From an uncultured archaeon (lineage in GTDB: Archaea > Asgardarchaeota > Lokiarchaeia > Sigyniarchaeales > SOKP01), in NCBI GenBank assembly GCA_964447495.1, contig CAYUTF010000028.1, positions 1 through 27,222 on the forward strand: a DNA stretch of 27,222 bases. The letters run 5' to 3'. The notes below the pieces were generated by a model. It had not been told where the DNA came from. It saw only the letters and a program-made list of their open reading frames with translations, and made no database searches. Within the stretch, counting starts at the first letter, position 1. Each line of letters starts with the position of its first letter. The translations under genes were made by a program, and so were the position numbers. This document shows, piece by piece, positions 10,596 through 17,849 of the stretch.

Positions 10596-11495
10596 GTGAT
10601 AATGATAGCGAATGTATTAGTTCTTGGGATTAGTGGAATGCTTGGTTCGATGGTATTTAATTACCTGAAAAACAATCCTGATTTAAATGTGTATGGAACG
10701 GTAAGAAACCGAAAATATCTTACAGATAACGTGTTTATTTTTGATGCGAATGATATTACACAATTAGAATCCAAAAAGTATCTTGATTTAAAATTGGATT
10801 ACATAATTAATTGTATAGGGATAACCAAACCATTTGCTAAAGACGATGACCCTGTCGGAGTTGTTCGAGCGATAAAAATTAATTCCGATTTTCCTTGGGA
10901 GTTAGGAAAGTATGCAAAAAAACATAATATTAAAATAATAACTATTGGAACCGATTGTGTCTATAGCGGAAAAAAAGGGTTATATACTGAAAGTGATTTA
11001 CATGACCCATTAGATGTATATGGCAAATCAAAGAGTCTTGGAGAAGTATTTGATGGAACTACTCTGATTATTCGTACTTCGATTATTGGACCTGAAATCA
11101 AAGAAGAAAAGAATTTTCTACTTGAATGGTTTTTGCACCAACCAGAAGGAGGAACAATTGGTGGGTTTGAGCATCATCTTTGGAATGGCATTACAACATT
11201 ACAATTTGCCCAGATTTGCGAAAAAATAATCTCTTCCAATAATTTTGATGAGTTAATGCGTACTTCATTTGTACATCATTATTCTCCAAATAACATTGTA
11301 AATAAATATGAGTTAATGCATATTTTTAAGACAATTTTTGAAAAGAATTTAACTATCAATCGAGTGAATAAGCCCAATGAAAAAGTTGATAGAACTCTGA
11401 CATCTAAATATAATATTTTAGACAAGTTATCAGAGAAAAAGCAAATAAAAGAGGCAATTAAAGAGTTGCACGATTTTATGCTTCAAATTGAATAA
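10596..11495 (+). CDS. RmlD-like NDP-4-keto-6-deoxyhexose reductase (SDR)
   Basis: GISGMLG, INCIG and TDCVYSGKKGLYTESD..DP.DVYGKSKSLGE. The true start may be ATG 10602, because GTG 10596 lies inside the AGGTGA SD-like site. Confidence 0.85.
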   Translation: MIMIANVLVLGISGMLGSMVFNYLKNNPDLNVYGTVRNRKYLTDNVFIFDANDITQLESKKYLDLKLDYIINCIGITKPFAKDDDPVGVVRAIKINSDFPWELGKYAKKHNIKIITIGTDCVYSGKKGLYTESDLHDPLDVYGKSKSLGEVFDGTTLIIRTSIIGPEIKEEKNFLLEWFLHQPEGGTIGGFEHHLWNGITTLQFAQICEKIISSNNFDELMRTSFVHHYSPNNIVNKYELMHIFKTIFEKNLTINRVNKPNEKVDRTLTSKYNILDKLSEKKQIKEAIKELHDFMLQIE

Positions 11496-11500
11496 ATCTT

Positions 11501-12286
11501 TCATTTCCTCTTTTCCGCCCAAAATAAAATCATCCAGGCATAATATTTAAATGGAGTTTTATTTAATAGGTACTTTGTAAATCGATTTATGATTTTAGCT
11601 ACAGGGATAAAAAATATCGGATGACTGAAAGTAGCTCCAACTACTTCTAGATTCGCGTATCCTATATTTTCAAGAGATTTAAGCATCTGCTTTGGTCGAA
11701 TTGGGTCTTCATCCTCAACCTCCCCGTAGGGATTTTTAAATAGTCTTTTAATAATTGGTCGTGTAATTATATTTAAAGGATAATATAAAGAAAAATCTAA
11801 TATTATAAGCTTTCCTCCAGGTCGTAATATTCTATAAAATTCCTGTAAGAAAGGGGCGAATCCTATTTTCACAAGATGATGAAAAAATAAAGGACTAGCA
11901 ATTAAATCAAAAAAGTTATCGGGGTATTGAGAATCAAGTATATCACCCGTTTTAACTTTTATTTCAGTAGGACAAGAATTAACTGCAATTGGAGATAAAT
12001 CAATTCCATAAATGTTATTAGAGAATTGTTTTAAATATTGATAATCATCCCCCGTTCCACAAGGAGCAATCAAGATTTTTGCAAGTTTATTGCTTTTTAC
12101 ATGACGTTTGATCAAACCTTTCATTTGATTTTTTGGAAATGCATAATTGTATCCAAATCTTTTAAAGTTCTTGATTGCTGGAGAATTTAATATAGTGCTA
12201 ATAACACCAGTTCTGCTTTTCTGATGCTTTCTGTCATACCATTCCAATTCTCTCTTCTTTTTATGTTCATATTGACTTTTTTCCAT
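11501..12286 (-). CDS. Class I SAM-dependent methyltransferase
   Basis: ILIAPCGTG (motif I variant), YGIDLS, GDI...YPDNFFDLI and EFYRILRPGGKLII. Confidence 0.85.
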   Translation of the reverse strand: MEKSQYEHKKKRELEWYDRKHQKSRTGVISTILNSPAIKNFKRFGYNYAFPKNQMKGLIKRHVKSNKLAKILIAPCGTGDDYQYLKQFSNNIYGIDLSPIAVNSCPTEIKVKTGDILDSQYPDNFFDLIASPLFFHHLVKIGFAPFLQEFYRILRPGGKLIILDFSLYYPLNIITRPIIKRLFKNPYGEVEDEDPIRPKQMLKSLENIGYANLEVVGATFSHPIFFIPVAKIINRFTKYLLNKTPFKYYAWMILFWAEKRK

Positions 12287-12333
12287 GATGATGAGATTCC
12301 AATGGGGAGTATTTTCTTATATTAAAATTATAA

Positions 12334-13404
12334 TTAACGCTCTTTCTTCTTATGAAAAGATAAAGAATTCCCAATTAATATATTACAGATTTTATTGGAA
12401 ACATTTTCTCCATAATGTAAAACAGGTGTGATTTTTTGCTCCAATGCAAGTTTCGCTGCATCTAGCATTTGATCTACATCTATACCAGTTAATACATTCA
12501 CACCGAGTTCGATTAAATCTACTCTTTCAGTACTTTCTCTAATTGTTAAGCAAGGTGTACCCAATATTGCACACTCTTCAACAACAGTTCCACTATCCGT
12601 TAGAACGAGATCAGCTTCTTTTTCCATTCCTAAAAATTCAAGAAATCCTAAAGGTTCAACCTTTTTAATGCCTTCTTGGAATGATAGACTGAATTTTTCC
12701 ATCATAGCTTTAGTTTTGGGCATTAGAATGAAAATAATTTCCACTTTATTTTTTTTATATAATTCATTCAAAAAAGTTAGTATCACTTTAAGATTATGGG
12801 CATTTTCAATATTTTCTGCTCGATGACAGGTAACCAAATAGAAAGGACCCTTCTTTTTAAAATTGGGTTTAGCAAGCTTTACTACATCGATAATTGGATT
12901 TCCAACCACCCAAATTCTACGTGGATTTAAACCCTCTCTAAGCAAGTTTTCTCTATGTTCTGGAAGATAGCAGATATTCATATCAGAGAGGTGATCAATA
13001 ATCACTCGATTCTTCTCTTCGGGCATCATCCAATTTTTACTTCGCATTCCCGCTTCAATATGGACTAAAGAAATATTTAGTTTCGAAGTAGCTAGCGCAA
13101 ATCCTAAACTACTATTATTATCCCCCAGCACTACGACAAATTCAGGGCGTTCTTTTAGTAATACCTTCTCAAATTCAATGATTAATTTTGTAACTTGGCT
13201 TGCATGAGTTCCACTTTTTATATTCAAATTATAATCGGGAGTACGGACGCTTAATTGCTCATAAAAAATCTTATTTAAATTATAGTCATAATGTTGCCCA
13301 CTATCAACAATGATATTTTCAAAATACGTATCTAGTTTTTTAATTATCTGAGAAAGACGGATTATATCAGGTCTAATACCAATACAAGTAATTATTTTTT
13401 TCAT
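12334..13404 (-). CDS. Non-hydrolysing UDP-N-acetylhexosamine 2-epimerase, FnlC/Cap5G/WbjD-like
   Basis: GIRPDIIRLS, GQHYDY, VLGD, HIEAGMRS, MPEEKNR, HRAEN, TDSGTVVEE and RESTER. IIRLS and DSGT resemble FnlC/Cap5G more than WecB (DSGG). Start set at ATG 13404 (MKKIITCIG). Confidence 0.85.
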   Translation of the reverse strand: MKKIITCIGIRPDIIRLSQIIKKLDTYFENIIVDSGQHYDYNLNKIFYEQLSVRTPDYNLNIKSGTHASQVTKLIIEFEKVLLKERPEFVVVLGDNNSSLGFALATSKLNISLVHIEAGMRSKNWMMPEEKNRVIIDHLSDMNICYLPEHRENLLREGLNPRRIWVVGNPIIDVVKLAKPNFKKKGPFYLVTCHRAENIENAHNLKVILTFLNELYKKNKVEIIFILMPKTKAMMEKFSLSFQEGIKKVEPLGFLEFLGMEKEADLVLTDSGTVVEECAILGTPCLTIRESTERVDLIELGVNVLTGIDVDQMLDAAKLALEQKITPVLHYGENVSNKICNILIGNSLSFHKKKER

Positions 13405-13470
13405 AGGATCACTATAGAAGGATATAATCAAAAATATAATACTTTGTTATACTATAGAATTTCTACCTTC

Positions 13471-14328
13471 TTAAAAAAAGACCGAATTTAGATTTGCATT
13501 TTTTCTAAATATATTATATCGTATTTTTTTATAATAATAGATTAAAAGACATGAAAAAATATCAAGTGCTAATTTCCAAAGTACTATTTTCGAAGACCCG
13601 TACTCTCGGTTATATACTTTAATCGGACATTCTTTCATTTTATACCCATTTAATTTGGCTTTTATGATTTGTTCTGTGCAAAAAGCATAACCTAAAAATC
13701 GAATATTATCGAATATGTGAAGCATTTTTCTGCTATAGGCTCGAAATCCATTTTGATTATTAACTATTTTTATGCCAAAGCATGTTTGTACTAGTTTTTC
13801 TATTAATACCTCGCCAAATCTTGTTGTTAAGGGAAGTTTATAAAAATATGTCCCAAGATATCGAGAACCAATAGTGTTATCGATATTCTCTTCGAAAATT
13901 GGCTTTACTAATCGTAATATATCATCAGGACTGTGTTGTCCATCAGTATCCATAGTCACGATTACTTTTCCCTTTGCATTTTTAATACCTGTAATTATAG
14001 CTGCGCCATAACCCTTATTATATTTATGTTTCAAGAGTTTAATCGGTTTTATTTTTCTTATTTTGGAAATTTCAGAAATACTATTATCTGTTGAGTGATC
14101 ATCAATAACGATTATTTCAATAGAATTATCTTGAGGTAAACCTAGTAATATGTTTCTAATAGTTTTTTCCTCATTATAGAGGGGTAAAATGATCGAGATG
14201 AGAATCTCTTTTTTTTCTGCATTATATTTCCTTAAAAAATCAAATAATTCTTGATGTTCATAATCAATTTTGGGTAGGAGTTTTTTACTTTTTTCAAGAA
14301 TAGGTTTATCTCCACCAAAACGACTCAT
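13471..14328 (-). CDS. DPM1-like (polyprenol-phosphate sugar synthase) GT2, paralog A
   Basis: ILPLYNEE, VIDDHSTD, NKGYGAA, MDTDGQH, IGSRY, GFRAY and REYGSSK. ATG 14328 follows AGGTGA by 5 nt; GTG 14337 is an alternative start. Confidence 0.85.
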   Translation of the reverse strand: MSRFGGDKPILEKSKKLLPKIDYEHQELFDFLRKYNAEKKEILISIILPLYNEEKTIRNILLGLPQDNSIEIIVIDDHSTDNSISEISKIRKIKPIKLLKHKYNKGYGAAIITGIKNAKGKVIVTMDTDGQHSPDDILRLVKPIFEENIDNTIGSRYLGTYFYKLPLTTRFGEVLIEKLVQTCFGIKIVNNQNGFRAYSRKMLHIFDNIRFLGYAFCTEQIIKAKLNGYKMKECPIKVYNREYGSSKIVLWKLALDIFSCLLIYYYKKIRYNIFRKNANLNSVFF

Positions 14329-14482
14329 TGTTTTCACCTAAAAACCCCTTTCCGTAAATTATTTGAACCTAAATTATTATTATAATTAGGTTTTTAAATA
14401 TTAGAAGAGTAGTATTTAATTTAAATTTAATTATAATGGATTAGTTTCTAAGGAGTTCATTAAAAAAGAGATAATTTACTCT

Positions 14483-15457
14483 TTATATTGATAGATATTT
14501 CTGTTTTTCAATAAAAAAGAAAGTATTATAATGGAGAAAATTTTCATAAGTAAAGGGCTTTTTACTTAATCGAAATGCTTTTGAAGATTTTTTATATATT
14601 TTAAGAATCCCTAATTTATTTCTTTTTAATCCCATAAACTGAATTTTTCTTAGAGAATATATAAACAGACAAGAAAATAGATTTACTGCTAATTTTCGGA
14701 GAATAATATGTGAAGACCCAAATTTTCTATCATACACTTTGACAGGGCATTCTTTAATTTTAAAACCTTCCAATGAAGCTTTAAGTATCTGTTCTGTACA
14801 AAATGCATATCCGTCATATTTAAAATCATGAAAAATTGAGATAACTTTTCGATTAAACGCTCGAAATCCATTTTGATTATTTCTTATTTTCTTATTAAAG
14901 AGTAGCTGGATAAATTTCTCTAATATGACTTCCCCTAATCTTGTCGAAACCGGTAGTTTATAAAAGTATGAACCAAGATAACGGGAACCAATAGTATAGT
15001 CCGCTTCTTTCTTAGCAATTGGCCGTATTAAGGTTAAGATATCGTCGGGACTGTGCTGTCCGTCTGAATCCATTGTAACAATAATTTCGCCCCTTGCATG
15101 TTTAATTCCTGTGAGTATTGCAGCGCCATACCCTTTATTTTTCTTATGGGTGATAATTCGAATGTTTTTATAACCTTGTATTTTTTTTATTTCTAATAAG
15201 CTATTATCTGATGAATGATCGTTTACTACAATTATTTCAATAAATTTATTTTGTGGTAAATTTTCCAATACGGATTTAATTGTTTTTTCTTCATTATATA
15301 ATGGAAGGATAATGGATAGAGAGAACATACCTTCTTTAGGTTTTATATCTTTTATACAATTATACAAATCTTGAAACTTTGATGGCAAAATTTCTGAATC
15401 TGTTGTAATATTACTTGCTTTTACGTTAATTAGATTATCAGAAGATAATATTTTCAA
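14483..15457 (-). CDS. DPM1-like (polyprenol-phosphate sugar synthase) GT2, paralog B
   Basis: ILPLYNEE, NKGYGAA, MDSDGQH, IGSRY, GFRAF and RKFGSS. TTG start 8 nt after AGGAG. Confidence 0.85.
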   Translation of the reverse strand: MKILSSDNLINVKASNITTDSEILPSKFQDLYNCIKDIKPKEGMFSLSIILPLYNEEKTIKSVLENLPQNKFIEIIVVNDHSSDNSLLEIKKIQGYKNIRIITHKKNKGYGAAILTGIKHARGEIIVTMDSDGQHSPDDILTLIRPIAKKEADYTIGSRYLGSYFYKLPVSTRLGEVILEKFIQLLFNKKIRNNQNGFRAFNRKVISIFHDFKYDGYAFCTEQILKASLEGFKIKECPVKVYDRKFGSSHIILRKLAVNLFSCLFIYSLRKIQFMGLKRNKLGILKIYKKSSKAFRLSKKPFTYENFLHYNTFFFIEKQKYLSI

Positions 15458-15657
15458 AGGTATAACTCCTAATTCAATATAATTTACATTATTATTGATG
15501 TAATATTGATTTGCTCATTTAGTATAAAGCCCATTATTGAATATAAATATATTTCTATATTGTTATTTACTGGAAAACAGCAAGAAGAACAATAGATTAT
15601 CCTATTTCGAATGTTAATATCAATTTTTGCTAAAGAAATCGAATTTTATTCAATTAA

Positions 15658-16629
15658 TTATTTAGAATTGTCACTTTTTATTACCCATTCATAATATCTC
15701 TTTAACCCTTCATTAATGCTTACTTTTGGATTGAAATTCAGAAGTTTTTTTGCTTTTTCTATGTTAGAATGGGTGATATCTACATCTCCTATTTGTGGAG
15801 CTTCAAATCGTATTTTTTTTTCATTTTTTGTTAGTTTATACATTTTATTTACCAATATGTTTACGGAAATAGGATTTGAGTTTCCTAAATTAAAAGTCTC
15901 ACCTATAGCTTTTACATTTTCACTGCTTAGAATTAGACCATCAATAATATCAGATATATAGGTAAAATCTCTTAATTGTTCGCCTGTTCCATATATAGTA
16001 AGTGGTTTATTTTTTTGTATTAATTTAAAAAATTTTCCTATAGCCATATCGGGACGCCCATTAGGACCGTATACTGTATAGAAACGTAGAGATGTAGTTG
16101 GTATTTTATATTGCTTAAAATAATAATTTGTATATATTTCACCAGCTAATTTTGATATAGAATAGGGCGAAATGGGATTTTTAGGATGATTTTCATCACA
16201 AGGCGTATAGAGAGGATTTCCATATACCGATGATGAGGAGGCAAAAATAAATCGCTGAAGATCTTTAACAGTCTTAGCAAATTCGAGAAGACGAATAGTA
16301 CCAACAATATTATTATTAGCGACCTGTGATGCGTTTTCAATTGAATATCTTACACCCGCCTGTGCTGCTAAATGAAAAATATAGTCAATCGGAAAATCCA
16401 TTTTTTCATACACAGACCGATTTAAAATATCGTCTTTAATTAGCAGATAATCCTTATTTGGTTCGTAATTTTCTAAGATAAATTTTAGACGTTGTTCCTT
16501 GCCGGAATAATATTCATTAAAATTATCAAGTAAAATCAAAAAATTATTATATTTTAATAGAGTCTCAGTTAGGTGTGAACCGATAAAACCTGCGGCTCCT
16601 GTAATTAGGATTGATTTATTTTTCAACAT
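15658..16629 (-). CDS. NDP-sugar 4-epimerase, UDP-glucuronate 4-epimerase-like
   Basis: TGAAGFIGS, HLAAQAGVRYSIEN, ASSSSVYG, YSISK and RFYTVYGPNGRPDMA; QAGVRYS and GRPDMA characterise the UDP-GlcA epimerase subgroup. Confidence 0.82.
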   Translation of the reverse strand: MLKNKSILITGAAGFIGSHLTETLLKYNNFLILLDNFNEYYSGKEQRLKFILENYEPNKDYLLIKDDILNRSVYEKMDFPIDYIFHLAAQAGVRYSIENASQVANNNIVGTIRLLEFAKTVKDLQRFIFASSSSVYGNPLYTPCDENHPKNPISPYSISKLAGEIYTNYYFKQYKIPTTSLRFYTVYGPNGRPDMAIGKFFKLIQKNKPLTIYGTGEQLRDFTYISDIIDGLILSSENVKAIGETFNLGNSNPISVNILVNKMYKLTKNEKKIRFEAPQIGDVDITHSNIEKAKKLLNFNPKVSINEGLKRYYEWVIKSDNSK

Positions 16630-16756
16630 AAATGCTATTCACGATTAACTTATCATTATTATAATAAGATATTAAATTTCAAGATCATTGATAAACTATT
16701 AATATTTCATATAAATAACATTCTAATATTAATTTATACGACTAGATTGGTAAAAT

Positions 16757-17713
16757 TTGATGTTTGAAGATAAAAAAATATTAATAACAGGTGTAGCAGG
16801 GTTTATAGGAAGTAATATTGCGGATAATTGTCTTGATTTAGGAGCAAATGTATCAGGAATTGATAATCTTTTCAATGGATCTTTAAATAATGTAAATGAA
16901 GCACTAAAAAACAAAAATTTTCGATTCATTAAGGGGGATATTAGAGATTTATCGTTAATACTAGAAATTACTAAAGATATAGACATAATTTACCATGTAG
17001 CGGCATTTACAAGTGTTCCTCAATCAATATTGATGCCAGAAACATGTAATGCCGTCAATGTAAATGGAACATTAAATATATTGAATGCCGCAAGGAAAAA
17101 TAATATAGATAAAATAATATTTTCATCCAGTTCCTCCGTTTATGGCAATACTAATACATTACCTTTGACAGAGGATATGCCTAGAAATCCAATTTCCCCT
17201 TATGGCACATCTAAACTTGCATGTGAATCCTATATGCAATCATTTCATCATGTATATGGTCTAAACACAACTATATTGAGATACTTTAATGTCTATGGTC
17301 CAAGACAGAAAGATTCACCTTATAGTGGCGTAATTGCAATTTGGTTGGGTAATATAGGAAGAAACGAGCCTTTGGTTATATTTGGTGATGGAAAAAACTC
17401 ACGAGATTTTACTTATGTAAAGGACGTTATTCGAGCAAATTTACTTGCCGCTGAAAAAAGTACAGCTGGAGAAATAATAAATATAGGGGCGAGCTCTCCA
17501 ATTTCGTTGAATAATTTAGCTACTTTATTACTCAGGCTTACAAAAAAACCTAATCTTCCAATCAAACATGTAGAACCTCGTCAAGGTGATATAAAACATA
17601 GTTACGCAGATATATCCAAAGCTAAAAAATTATTAGGTTTTATTCCAGAATATGATCAAGGAAGCGGATTAGAGGATTATTTAAAATGGCTTTCTCAGAA
17701 TAATGAATTTTAG
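16757..17713 (+). CDS. NDP-sugar 4-epimerase, UDP-Glc(NAc) 4-epimerase (WbpP/TviC-like) SDR
   Basis: TGVAGFIGS, AAFTSVPQSI..P, SSSSVYG, PISPYGTSK and LRYFNVYGPRQ..SPYSGVI. The start could be ATG 16760. Confidence 0.82.
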   Translation: MMFEDKKILITGVAGFIGSNIADNCLDLGANVSGIDNLFNGSLNNVNEALKNKNFRFIKGDIRDLSLILEITKDIDIIYHVAAFTSVPQSILMPETCNAVNVNGTLNILNAARKNNIDKIIFSSSSSVYGNTNTLPLTEDMPRNPISPYGTSKLACESYMQSFHHVYGLNTTILRYFNVYGPRQKDSPYSGVIAIWLGNIGRNEPLVIFGDGKNSRDFTYVKDVIRANLLAAEKSTAGEIINIGASSPISLNNLATLLLRLTKKPNLPIKHVEPRQGDIKHSYADISKAKKLLGFIPEYDQGSGLEDYLKWLSQNNEF

Positions 17714-17849
17714 AAATTATGCTGAATTTCAATTTATCTTTCTAATCGAGAATAAGTAGAGCACATTATAAAAACACAAATTAAAAATATTTGAATTAAT
17801 TTACATAATTATTTTAAAAGTCAAAAGGAGTTAATGTATATTACTTAAT

